Below are positions 39,415 through 50,985 of a DNA stretch of 64,000 bases, one piece after another. The stretch's first letter is position 1. Every line of letters begins with the position of its first letter. The notes under the pieces are model-generated. The model ran no database searches and had not been told where the DNA came from. It saw nothing but the letters and a program-made list of their open reading frames with translations. Location of the stretch: the NCBI RefSeq assembly GCF_020745735.1, contig NC_083442.1, forward strand, positions 33,514,072 to 33,578,071. Direction: 5' to 3'. This DNA comes from Hemiscyllium ocellatum. Taxonomy: Eukaryota. The position numbers and the translations under genes are program-made.

Positions 39415-41560
39415 GTCAGACAGCATGGAAACAGATCATTCATTCCAACTTGTTCATACCAACCAGATTTCCCAAACTAAATTGGTCCCATTTGCTTGCA
39501 TTTGGCCCATATCCCTCTCAACCCTTCCTATTCATGTACCTGTCTATGTTGTAATTGTTAAATGTTGTAATTGTACGCACCTGCACCACTTCCTCTCGCA
39601 GCTCGTTCCATATACACACCACAATCTGTGTGAAAAAGTTCCCCTTAGGTCCCTTTTAAATGTTTCCTCTCTCACCTTAAACCTATGCCCTCTAGTTTTG
39701 AATTCCCCTATCCTAGGGAAAATACCCTTACTATTCACCTTATCCATGCCCCTCATAATTTTATAAACCTCTACTAAATCACCCCTCAACCTCCTATGCT
39801 CCAGTGAAAAAGATTCCAGTCTATCCAGCCTCTCCTTATAACTCAAGCTCTCCAGACCCAGTAACATCCTTGGAAATCTTCTCTGTATCATTCCCAATTT
39901 AATAAAATCCTACCAGAACTGTACGCAGTATTCCAAAAGTGGCCTCACCAATGTCCTATCCAGCTGCAACATGACGTGCCAACTCCACGCTCACCACTCT
40001 GACCAATGAAAGCAAGTGTGTGAAATGCCTTCTTTACCACCGTGTCTACCTGTGACACCACTTTCACGGAACTATATATCTAAACTGCTAGGTTTCTCTG
40101 TTCGACAACAATCCCCAATGCCCTATTATTAACTCTGTAAATCCTGTCTTGATTTGCCTCATCAAAATGCAACTCCTTGCATTTATCTACATTACACTCC
40201 ATCTGCCACTTCTTAGCTCGTTAGCCCAGGTAATCAAAATTCTGTTGTACTCTTACACAACCTTCACTGTCCGCAATACCACCGATGTTATTGTCATCTG
40301 CAAACTTACTAACCATACCTCCTATATTCTCATCCAAATCGTTTCTGTAAATGACAAACTAGAATGGACCCCAGCACTGATCCCTATAAAACATCAATGG
40401 TCATAGGCCTCCATTCTGATAAATAACCCTCCACTACCACAATTTTTGTATCCAATTGACAAACTCTCCCTGGATCCCATCTGATCGAACTTTACTAAGC
40501 CGTCTACCATGCAGACCCTTGTCATAGTCTTTACTAAAGCCCATGTAAACAATATCTACTGTTCCGCCCACACCTTGTCTTCTTGGTCATGTCCTCAAAA
40601 AACTCAGTCAAGTTTGTGAGATGATTTCCCATGCACAAAACTATGCTGACTACCGCTAATCAGTCTTTGCCTCTCCAAATGCACCTAATTTTTCTCCCTC
40701 TCAATGGAACCCCTACAATGGGTTACTCACTACAGGCTCACTGGTCTGTAGTTCCTTGGCTTTTCTTTGCAGCCTTTCTTAAATAAAGACACAACATCAG
40801 CCACACCCCAGTCCTTTGGCACCTCAACCATGGCTGTAAATGACATAAATATCTCTGCTAGGGGCCAAACATAGGGGCCAACTTCCCACAATGCCCTAGG
40901 ATACACTTGATGAGGTCAAACAGTCATAGTCATACAGAATGGGAGACCCTTCAGTCCAACCAATCCATGCCAAATATAATCCCAAACTAAACTAGTCCCA
41001 CCTGCCTGTCCCTGGCCCATATGCCTCCAAACTTTTCCTATTCATGTGCTTATTTAAATCTCTTTTAAACATTGTAACTGTACCTGCATCCATCACTTCC
41101 TCAGGAATATCAGAAAACCACCCTTTTGTGAAAATAGTTTGCTCCTCAAGTCTTTTATAAAGCTTTCTCCTCTCACTTTAAAAATATCCCTGTTGGTCTT
41201 CAAATCTTCCATCTTAGGGAAAAGGTCTCAGGAATTTATCTACCGTTTTACATTTTTTAAGACCTTCAACACTTCCTTTTCTGTAATATGGATTGTTTTC
41301 AAGACATCAATATTTATTTCCCCAAGTTCCTCGCTTCTATGTCTTTCTCTACAGTAAATACTGATAAGAAATATTAATTTAGTATCTCTCCCATCTCTTG
41401 TAGTTCCATAAAAAATGGCCTTGTTGATCTTTAGGGGGGCTTATTCTCTCCCTAGTTTCTTTTTTGCACTTAAAGAACTTGCAAAATCTCTTTGGATTCT
41501 CCTTAACCTTATCTCTTTAACCTTACCTCATGTCCCTTTTTTGCCCTCCTGATTTATTTC
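39415..41560 (-). mobile_element. Decayed CR1 LINE with a nested second CR1 3' fragment (~40925-41225)
   Basis: LRGDLVEVYKIMRGMD on the - strand; similar to the other CR1 ORF2 copies. Confidence 0.85.
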
Positions 41561-41614
41561 TCCCATTTCAGCCAGCGGGAAGACTGGCAGTGCACCCTTC
41601 AACAGCCTTTGGTT

Positions 41615-41990
41615 CATTATCATTGGTGGTCCCTTGCAGATAAGGATGACTCTCTCTTACTCTCAGGGTGAATCAGTAGATGGCTGTAAAACTGATGCGG
41701 CTACCACAGGCTCTGTTACACTTGGGGCAGGTAATGGTCATGAGAAGGGGTGGGTGGTGCATTGGTGTGGCAGTGCGCTCCATTTGCTGTTTCACTTGGC
41801 TTCCATTTTTTCCAGATGGCAAGTCTCCAGGTGCACAACACCTTCCTGGATGCTCCTCTTCTACCTTGGACAGTCTTGGGCAAGTGATTTCCCAGTGTCT
41901 GTGGCAATGCCGCACTTTGCCCGTAAGGTCTTGAGGGTACACAATGTGAAGAGTCATCCCTGTTGCCAACTTCTGCCCTTGGAGTTTGTA
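41615..41990 (-). mobile_element. RTE-clade LINE 3' fragment
   Basis: C-terminal peptide TCPKCNRACGSRI; homologous to 59465-59800. Confidence 0.65.
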
Positions 41991-43683
41991 ACTGGCGGGG
42001 TTTGGTGCTGGCAGCCAGTAAACCTAGAAAGGTTGAAAGTGAATCTGCAGTCATAATGATGCCTCACTACATTCCAGTTTTGGAGCAACCATTAGTTGTG
42101 TCTGTCTTGAAGATAATAGTTTCCATGGAGACACCATTGCTTCTGCGGGGAAGGTAATGGTGGCCACTGTGTGTTCAATGTAGCTGTAGGAATGGCAGTA
42201 GTTGCTACAGTGTGGCCTTTGCAGAAAAGGCCATTGTTGTGGCTGCATGGAAGGCCATTGTGACCATGAGGAAAGCCATATGCAGTCTCAGAGTGGGCAG
42301 TAATTGCCACGGAATAGTTGGTGTGGATGTGGGGGTTGGATATTATTGTGGCTGAAGGGAAGGCAGTAGCAACAAAGGGTTGGCCATTTTGGATGCAGAG
42401 CAGCCACTGCAAATGGTCGTTCTTGCAGTCCAGGTCAAGGGAATTACAGTGGTGTGGGAAACTGTGGGAGGAACCAATGAGGTAGGAGGGTGCAAGGATG
42501 AAACTGGGAATGGGAGGGAGTACCCCCTTATACCCCTTAAGGGATTCACTTGATCCCAGCTGTCTGTATCTGACAAATGCCTTCTTGTTTTTCTTACTTC
42601 CTGAGTACTGGGAAACTCAGCCAGTCTTTGTAGGTAAACAAATAGGTAAACATTGGTGTGTTTAGATGCAAATGAACTAAAATGGAAATGAGGAGAAATA
42701 TTTTCACATGGGCGGTTTTTTAAGATCTGGAAGACACTATTTGAAAGTCAGGTAAAGTCACATTCCACAGAAAGTTTTAATAGACAATTACCTGAAGAGG
42801 AATAATTTACAGTGGAACAACTGGGCATCTATTAACATAGACAGAATGGACTGAATGGGCTCTTTCTTTGATAGAAGATTCAGGTTGACTTATTTAAAAA
42901 GGTATCTGAATAGGCATCTGAGCATCTGCACCACTTGAGAATGTGGATAAGGTGCTGGAAAATAGGATTGGACAGTGTGGTTCATTATTCAGCCAGTGTA
43001 AGGAAAGTGGGCAAATTGCCTTCCTTCTGGCTGCAATCATTTATTCATCATTTTCAATATGCAGTAAACTTTATATTATCCAACAGCAAATGGGACCAGA
43101 CATGTGCTGATTAAATATTCTGGATAATCAAAAGGTCCACATAATCAAAAACACACACTAGATAATAAAAATGTAATACAGGGATACATACATTACAATT
43201 ATACATTATTTAGAGTAAAAATCACTTAAATAATAATGCAACTTTGCCTTAAAAAAACATACTAGTAGACAGCCATCTCACTTACACCCTCAATGACACT
43301 TGAACATTGCAACAGATCACAGTATTTGAGGAGAAATTGAGTCAAAATTTAATCAACTGCTAATATTTCAGGTAGTATTCAAGTGAACAACAAACATTGA
43401 GTGAAAGAAAGTAAAAAGCTGTAATAATTGGACAGAATAATACTGTAAACTTCAGAATATTTGAGTTATGCAATTTTTGCCAGTTTATTAAGTGTGCCAG
43501 TTAGAACATAGTTTGCTGCACTACAAAGGCCTGAAGATCAGCAATGTGCAGGGATTGGGGAAGGGGACAGCATGGGCATAATGGGTCAAATGGCCAATTC
43601 TGTGCTAAGGGGCAGCATGGGGGCATAATGGGACAAATGGCCTGTTCTGTGTTTAGGGACAGCATGGGCATGATGGGTCAAAT

Positions 43684-44611
43684 GCTGAACATGTGTTGCT
43701 GGTCAAAGCACAGCAGGCCAGGCAGCAACTCAGGAATAGGGAATTCGACGTTTCGAGCATAAGCCCTTCATCATGAATGAGAGAGAGTAGCCAAGCAGGC
43801 TAAGATAAAAGGTAGGGAGGAGGGACTTGGGGGAGGGGCGATGGAGGTGGGATAGGTGGAAGGAGGTCAAGGTGAGGGTGATAGGCCGGAGTGGGGTGGG
43901 GGCGGAGAGGTCAGGAAGGAGATTGCAGGTTAGGAGGGCGGTGCTGAGTTGAGGGAAACGACTGAGACAAGGTGGGGGGAAGGGAAATGAGGAAGCTGGA
44001 GAAATCTGAATTCATAGAAGATTTTAACCTACTGCGAATCCTCTTGCAAGGATGCCTTCCTTGAAGAAGCTCTCTTCCTCCCTCTACAAGGATTTCAGTG
44101 AGTCTCTCTCTCACTGCACCCCCCAGGTCATCTCCTCTGCACAGAAACTCTTCAGCCACATTCTCAAACAGACTCGTTACCACAGCCACATCTCCTTCCT
44201 CAGCACCTGCCTAAGGAACCGACTGATCCCACACGGACTATGAATTCAGATTTCTCCAGCTTCCTCATTTCCCCTCCCCCCACCTTGTCTCAGTCGGTTC
44301 CCTCAACTCAGCACCGCCCTCCTAACCTGCAATCTCCTTCCTGACCTCTCCGCCCCCACCCCACTCCGGCCTATCACCCTCACCCTGACCTCCTTCCACC
44401 TATCCCACCTCCATCGCCCCTCCCCCAAGTCCCTCTTCCTTACCTTTTATCTTAGCCTGCTTGGCTACTCTCTCTCATTCCTGATGAAGGGCTTACGCTC
44501 AAAACGTCGAATTCTCTATTCCTGAGATGCTGCCTGGCCTGCTGTGCTTTGACCAGCAACACATTTTCAGCTGTGATCTCCAGCATCTGCAGACCTCATT
44601 TTTTACTACTA
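43684..44611 (+). mobile_element. Large fold-back PLE derivative inserted into the 45-bp minisatellite
   Basis: 334-bp arms at 43684-44017/44238-44571, a 220-bp spacer with a PLE N-terminal-like peptide, and a ~40-bp 3' tail. TSD CATGATGGGTCAAATG at 43669-43684 and 44612-44627. Confidence 0.88.
44477..44512 (+). ncRNA. Hammerhead motif with one core mutation; mirror copy on the - strand at ~43743-43778
   Basis: The + copy reads ATTC CTGATGA AGGGC TTAC GCTC aAAAC GTC GAAT. The mirror reads ATTC aTGATGA AGGGC TTAT GCTC GAAAC GTC GAAT. Their consensus is a complete motif with stem I ATTC/GAAT and a GUC site. Confidence 0.65.
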
Positions 44612-45239
44612 CATGATGGGTCAAATGGCCCATTCTGTGCTAAGGGACAGCATGGGCATGATGGGACAAATGGCCTGTTCTGAGCTAAGGAGCAGCATGG
44701 GCATGATGGCACAAATGGCCTGTTCTGAGCTAAGGGACAGCATGGGTATGATGGGACAAATGGTCTGTTCTGAGCTAAGGAACAGCATGGGCATGATGGC
44801 ACAAATGGCCTGTTCTGAGCTAAGGGACAGCATGGGTATGATGGGACAAATGGTCTGTTCTGAGCTAAGGAACAGCATGGGCATGATGGCACAAATGGCC
44901 TGTTCTGAGCTAAGGGACAGCATGGGTATGATGGGACAAATGGTCTGTTCTGAGCTAAGGAACAGCATGGGCATGATGGCACAAATGGCCTGTTCTGAGC
45001 TAAGGGACAGCATGGGTATGATGGCGCAAATGGTCTGTTCTGAGCTAAGGAACAGCATGGGCATGATGGCACAAATGGCCTGTTCTGAGCTAAGGAACAG
45101 CATGGGTATGATGGGACGAATGGCCTGTTCTGGACTCTAACGATGCTGTCAGTCTAACAACACTCAGGAAAATGCCTTGAGGAATCTGATGGGCTGGGCC
45201 TTCTGTGCTGCTGCTGCTGCCCCCAAGGCCCCAACTATG

Positions 45240-45630
45240 GCACCGTCCCGCCCGTGGAGTTGCTCCTGGTGCAAGTCAAATGACGTTCAGGCCCCACCCA
45301 CTCACATGCCACGCCCACTCAAGCCCCGCCCCGGTGACCGTCCCTGCCCAGGGATGTTGTGACAGCATAGAGGAGGGTGTGTCCTTCTTGGTGAGGTCAT
45401 CACCCTGCGCGATCTGGTCGCCATCTTGTTGTTTTGGGGGCTGTTTGTGTTGTCTCTTTCGCCCGGGCCTCGGTCTCTGGAAGCTGCCACCGCCGCCATG
45501 GCCGCCCCGCTCAGCCTGAACGCAAAGCAGCCGCCGATTCAATCCACGGCCGGAGCCGTGCCCGTCCTCAATGAGAAAGGTGAGCGCGGGGTGGGGGGGC
45601 CGAGTCCGCGGACTGAAGCCTGGGGTCGGC
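45240..45630 (+). promoter_or_regulatory. MFAP1 CpG-rich promoter/5' region
   Basis: GC box CCCCGCCCC near 45324, YY1-type CGCCATCTT at 45419-45427, and Kozak GCCGCCATGG. Confidence 0.7.
45498..45579 (+). CDS. MFAP1: MFAP1 (spliceosomal B-complex protein) exon 1
   Basis: MAAPLSLNAKQPPIQSTAGAVPVLNEK; donor G|GTGAG. Confidence 0.95.
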
Positions 45631-45640
45631 AGGTACAGGG

Positions 45641-45941
45641 CCTCCCCCTCCCCCTCCCCCTCCCCCTCCCCCTCCACCTCCACCCCCTCCCCCTCCCCCT
45701 CCACCCCCTCCCCCTCCACCTCCACCTCCTCCCCCTCTCCCCCTCCCCCTTCCCCCCCACCCCCCCACCCCCTCCCCCTCCCCCCCCCCACCCCCCCCCC
45801 CCCACCCCCTCACCCCCTCCCCCTCCCCCCCCCCCCTCCCCCCCTCCGCCCTCCCCCTCCATCCCTCCCAGACCCCCCTCCCCCTCCCCCCCTCCCCCCC
45901 TCCCCCTCCCCCCCCGGTACAACCATCCCCCCCACCCCCCC
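45641..45941 (+). repeat. C-rich polypyrimidine low-complexity tract (CCCCCT)n-like in MFAP1 intron 1
   Basis: About 300 bp that is almost entirely C with interspersed T/A. Confidence 0.95.
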
Positions 45942-46271
45942 GAGCTCTTGATATAGGCGATAATGAGAGCTGGACATCACACATGGAAACGCACAGCTGG
46001 TCAGGCAGCATCCGAGGGGCAGGACTGCTTTTCCTGCGCCACACTTTTTGACACTCTGTACAGGGATCCCCTGAACGCCCACTCCCCAGGGTCTCAGTAT
46101 AGACCCCCCTCCCCTCACCCCAACCCGTTGTTACAGGTGCAACTCCCTTCCCCGTGCAAGCTCTCTGTACGGGGAGTGGGTTGCTCCTGTGTACATTGAT
46201 CAAGTGAAAGCTGGGTTCTGCTGAAATGTGTTTGGTTTGTTAGTCAAGTGGTGATCCCTGTAGCCTCAGAG

Positions 46272-46500
46272 GTTTAAAAAAACAATGACTGCAGATGCTG
46301 GAAACCAGGTTCTGGATTAGTGGTGCTGGAAGAGCACAGCAGTTCAGGCAGCATCCAAAGTGCAGCAAAATCGACGTTTTGGGCAAAAGCCCTTCATCAG
46401 CCCTCCTGATGAAGGGCTTTTGCCCGAAACGTTGATTTCGCTGCACTTTGGATGCTGCCTGAACTGCTGTGCTCTTCCAGCACCACTAATCCAGAACCTG
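46272..46500 (-). mobile_element. Miniature fold-back PLE derivative with two back-to-back hammerhead cores (MFAP1 intron 1)
   Basis: 95-bp arms at 46306-46400/46406-46500 (3 mismatches), loop CCCTC, 34-bp one-sided tail. TSD (CCTG)TAGCCTCAGAG at 46257-46271 and 46497-46511. Confidence 0.9.
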
Positions 46501-47141
46501 TAGCCTCAGAGTCCAGCCCAATCCTTGTACCTTCTTTCCCTGCCTACCTCTCGTACTTGCATACTTCATTTCTACCACATGGGTTCTTTTGGCCCTGACC
46601 CTAAGACCTACGAATGTCCTTGGATATATTCTCTGCTTTCCCTCTCCCAGGGCTACATTAATGAATGGGCCACTGACTGTTCATAGAAAACAGTCCAAAC
46701 ACTCCCATTCATCGGTGATTATTCTGTATGGTGTGATCATGGGAGTGATTGCAACTGCCACTTCCTGCAGTCCCTGGTTCACCGAAATCAGGGAGACCCT
46801 GTCATCCTCTTCACCAAATCATGCCTTAATATCCCCCAGCACCTTTTTCCCCTTTGAGTACTTCGAGGCTCCCTCCCCCCCTCCCCCAGCCAAGATGTAT
46901 GTACTGCTTTGCTCGCAACCCAATGTTACCCTGATGTGCTGTCCTACTCTGCAGCCTGTAAACAGGCCCTTTGGTCTTGCTACTCCATGCCAACCATGTG
47001 CTTCATCCAACTCTGCTCTATGATGTCTCGTCCATGGTGCTATTAATCTCTGTCTCCTCTTGGCCAGACTGGGATGAGAGTGCTGGTAACTGGGCTTCTT
47101 TGGATCACTTTTTGCTGATGATCCTGTGGTTGCTGTGTCAG

Positions 47142-47358
47142 GTGAGGTGTCGATGGAAAAAGTGAAAGTCAAGCGCTATGTCTCTGGTAAACGACCCGAT
47201 TATGCGCCAATGGAGTCCTCAGATGAAGAGGAGGAGGACTTCCAGTTTGTGAAGAAGCCGAAAGATGCAGAGGCGGAGCCTGAGGTTACCGAAGAACTGG
47301 CAAACGATCCTCGTCTGAAACGTCTTCAAAACCGACTCTCTGAGGATGTAGAGGAAAG
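47142..47358 (+). CDS. MFAP1: MFAP1 exon 2
   Basis: (G)EVSMEKVKVKRYVSGKRPDYAPMESSDEE...EDVEE; AG/GT flanks, phase consistent. Confidence 0.96.
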
Positions 47359-47437
47359 GTAAGAGAATCCGTGCCTTCTGGTGATTGCATGGGTTCCTAC
47401 CAGGCAAACCCAAGTTAATTTTTATATATGGCATACT

Positions 47438-47585
47438 AAAACTGAAATTGCTGGAGAAACGCAGCACTGAGAAAGCAAAATTAACATTTTGACTCCAGAG
47501 ACTCTAACATTAACTGTTTTTTATCCATAGATGCTGCTAGACCTGCTGAGTTTCTCCAGCTGTTTCTATTTTTGTTTCAAATCTT
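47438..47585. mobile_element. Short degenerate inverted-repeat element
   Basis: 'gctggagaaacgcagca' ... 'tgctgagtttctccagc' form imperfect inverted ends. Confidence 0.5.
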
Positions 47586-48042
47586 CAGTTCTTTGTTTAT
47601 AATATTTTATTTGTCTCTGAAAATGACATGGTTCCACCCTTAATCTCACTGTCTGGTCCTGGACTCTATAGATCATGGAAGATGTGGATAAAATGTCTGC
47701 CCTTAGTTGATGGTAATGGAAGTGATCAGTGGTTTCCTTCAGTTAATGAGAGGAATAAAAAACACCAGAATTTTGTTGCTAACCAGGAACTGAACATATA
47801 AGCCAGGCTGACGTTTTAGCATGAATTTGATTTGGTTTAAGCTTTATTGTCACACGTACTCAAGAATGGAAGTACATGATTACAGTGTAAAGTGTATAAC
47901 GAGACCACACATCTTAGGACTGAAGGTTTAGGTACAAATAGTAACATAGCAAAACAAAGTTAAAACTAAAACATTACAGTTGTTCTCAGTATAAGCAGAA
48001 AAATAAAGAAATAAAGTTACAAGTTAACATTATAGTCCTTCC

Positions 48043-48382
48043 ATGGTGGATCAACGGTTGGCACTGCTGCCTCTCAATAACAGGGACCCAGGTTTGACTT
48101 GAGCCATAGCCAACTGTGTGCAGTTTTTACATTCTACCGGTGTCTGTGTGGGTTTACTCTGGGCTGCTCCATTTTCCCGTCTCAGTCCAAAGTTGTGTAG
48201 ATTAGGTGAATTGACCACGTTAAATTGCCCATAGTGTCCAGGGATGTGCAGGCTCGGTAGATTAGCTGAATGCAGGGTTACGGTAGATTAAGGGGGATGC
48301 GTCTCAGTGGAATGCTGTTTGTAGGGACAGTGTGTACTTGATGGGCTGAATGGCCTACTTCCACACTGTAGGGATTCTATGA
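48043..48382 (+). mobile_element. tRNA-derived SINE
   Basis: Head and body match the other copies; ends 'ccacactgtagggattctatgat'. Confidence 0.8.
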
Positions 48383-48420
48383 TGATTCGAGTTTTAAGTG
48401 GAAAAATAAAGGTAAAAGTT

Positions 48421-48500
48421 TCTGATAAAGGGCTTTTGCCCAAAACATTGATTCTCCTGCTCCTTGGATGCTGCCTGACCTGCTGTGCTTTTCCAGCACC
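48421..48500 (+). mobile_element. PLE pseudo-LTR fragment with a degenerate hammerhead
   Basis: CTGATAA AGGGC TTTT GCCC AAAAC ATT, followed by the family arm sequence. Confidence 0.7.
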
Positions 48501-48926
48501 ATGCGCTTTACATAAAAGTTCAACAGTCATCCTTAAGTGCACTCCCTGCAAGGGCTGGGTCTCCTCCACTTTGGCCTGCTTTCTGGGAAACCTCCAGCTT
48601 CCTCAGTGGTATTGATAAAGGACTGCACAAATAGAGGTGTCATCTTTCAAATGAACTGTTAAACCAACTCTCATCTGCCAATTCAAGGGAATGTCTAAGA
48701 TCCCATAGCATTATTTCCTGGTGTCCTGGACAGAATTTCTGCCTTAAACAAAATTGCCAAGAAAACAGACTAACTGGTGATTTATTTTGTTGTTGCAACC
48801 TTAACGACAGTGATTGCATTGCATGGAATTCAGCTTGGGAAATCCTGATGGTGTGAAGATTGTACAAATGTTAGAGCTCTGTTGTTCTCCAAGGGTTGAC
48901 ACTTTCCCCCCCCCCCCTTCCTGCAG

Positions 48927-49056
48927 ACTGGCAAGGCATCGGATGATTGTTGAGCCTGAGGTGGTGATGGAGGCGGAATCTGAGGATGAAGGGGAGCCTT
49001 GGCACATAGATCGTGAGGACACCAGTGAAGAGGAAGAGGAGGAAGTGGACGACGAG
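48927..49056 (+). CDS. MFAP1: MFAP1 exon 3
   Basis: (R)LARHRMIVEPEVV...EEVDDE. Confidence 0.95.
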
Positions 49057-50368
49057 GTGAGTATGGATGTCATACCAGTGCCTAAGTAACAATCAACACG
49101 AAACAATGACATGTTAAAAAAGAGGGCAGACCCACAGCTGGAAGTGAAGTGCCGAGATACTGACTGGATTAAGGCCCAGTTCGAGGCCTATTGCAGACCC
49201 CAGAGACATTGCCAGGCAGCACAGGCCTGATAGTGACGAATCTGGACTTCTCATGAGGATGTTATTTCTTTCATGCTTGTGGCTAATGACAGTTGAAGAA
49301 AGGCATCGCAAGGAGTGGTAGAAGTAAAAAACTTTGTCGTTAAGGGGAAGCTAAATAGTGAGGAAAGAAATTGTAGTATTACCTGAGATGAAGTAGAGTG
49401 GAGCGCAAACATTGAAAGTGACCTGTTGGGCTGGATGATCTGTTTCTACACCTTTAATAAAAAGGCTTTCAAGGCTAAGGCAGCCCTTGAATTTGTCCCA
49501 AACTGCCATGGTGAGATTTGAACATGTCTCAAGATCACTTGCGAAGCCCACTGGATTACAAAAATCAGTAGTATAACCATTCTGCTTCTATCCCGGTCCA
49601 ATCCTCTTTCCATGTGGCCTTTAATAATCCAAATTCAGCCGGTAACTTCGGATGCACCTCAGGCTTTGGTTTTCTGGCCGTGGAGCTGTTCTCCCAGTTG
49701 TCTGCTCACCCAGAATATAGGTGTTGGGGCTGAAACTCTCTCAGGACCTGGTATCTTTGCTGAGATGGCTTACTGCAGCCAATGCAGATAGAGAATGATT
49801 AGCTTCAGCCTCCCAATAGCAACGATCAGGACTCTGGCTGTGTTGCTGCTGTGGTGTAATGAAGACGTGGTGCCTTCCTGTTTGAAATAATCTGTCAAGG
49901 TTAACCCCTTCAATTGCATAAGTGAGGGAGCCGGAAAGAGTCAGCACCTAAACAACTACATGTTGGATAGGTTACCATGGCTGGACAAGGGTAAGGGAGT
50001 AGAGGAGGGGAAAAACTGATCTATTGTCCGATAGATCTCGGGAAGGCCATTTGCAGTCCAAACAGGTCATTCGATTCAATGGGTTTGCTCGAATCTCCAC
50101 CCCATCTCCTTCATCTCAGAACATGTTTATTTTTTACATCTCCCTCACGTTTCCTAGATTTCCTTTAGGTTCATCTATATTGGTTCACCTCTACCAGTCC
50201 CAATGGTAACAAGCTCCACATTCTTGCTGCTCAGTAAAGCTGTTTGTCTGCATTCCCGATTTGAATTTAGAGGCATTCTGATTATGAATTGAGTTGTGAC
50301 CACGTGGAGAGCCTCAATCAGTTGGTCAGGTGACAGATTTAGAGCCATTTCTCTGGTATCTTTGACAG

Positions 50369-50556
50369 GAAATTGAGCGACGTCGGGCCATGATGAGACA
50401 GCGGGCTCAGGAAAGAGAGACCGAAGAATTGGAACTTCTGGAATTGGAGGATGAAGGTCGATCTGGAGAAGAGTCAGAAGAGGAGTCAGAGTACGAAGAA
50501 TATACAGACAGTGAGGATGAAACTGAACCCAGGCTAAAACCTGTCTTTATAAGAAG
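50369..50556 (+). CDS. MFAP1: MFAP1 exon 4
   Basis: EIERRRAMMRQRAQER...SEYEEYTDSEDETEPRLKPVFIR. Confidence 0.96.
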
Positions 50557-50699
50557 GTATGATTTATCTGTAAGATTTGTCAATTCACTTGGCCCGCAGG
50601 CTGGCTGGTGTGAAATGAGTGCAATAAGGAGGCCCTTCTGGAAATGAAGTTGGACAATTTAAGTAACTGGAGTGAGATTGACTCTGTTCAACTTTTCTG

Positions 50700-50985
50700 C
50701 CCCTTCACCATGACTGTTTGATGGGGATAGTCTAGAAGAGCTTCACTGTGTATCTGACCCCATGCTGTAACTGAACATGGGAATGTTTGGGGAGACTGTG
50801 GAGGGCCCTCTCCTTTGTGTCTAACCTTATGCTGACCCTGACTTGGGAGTGTTTCGGTACATCCCAGAGGGAGTTTAGCTCTGTATCTAACCCCATACTG
50901 GCACTGCTCAGGCGGTGTTTGATGGGGTCAGGGGGTTTTATTTTATATTGAACCCCTTGCTGTACCTGCAAGCGTTTGTTTGGGA
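50700..50985 (+). repeat. Degenerate ~65-bp tandem repeat
   Basis: Recurring 'tgtatctaacccc..gctgtacctg..gggagtgtttg'. Confidence 0.6.

Larger units (their letters stand above)
43560..45133 (+). repeat. 45-bp minisatellite with 90-bp dimer structure (main block 44612-45133; about 3 units at 43560-43684)
   Basis: Unit GGCCTGTTCTGAGCTAAGGGACAGCATGGGTATGATGGGACAAAT; the ORF track shows 15-aa periodicity. Confidence 0.95.

Noticed and set aside
44612-45133. CRISPR-like periodicity
   Set aside because: There are no unique spacers and no cas genes, and the context is eukaryotic.
44596-45140. Long repetitive ORFs (158-175 aa) on both strands
   Set aside because: They are a by-product of a stop-poor 45-bp tandem repeat, with no other sign of coding.
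45276-46203. Pro-rich and Gly-rich ORFs
   Set aside because: They are translations of the C-rich tract; only 45498-45579 is a real exon.
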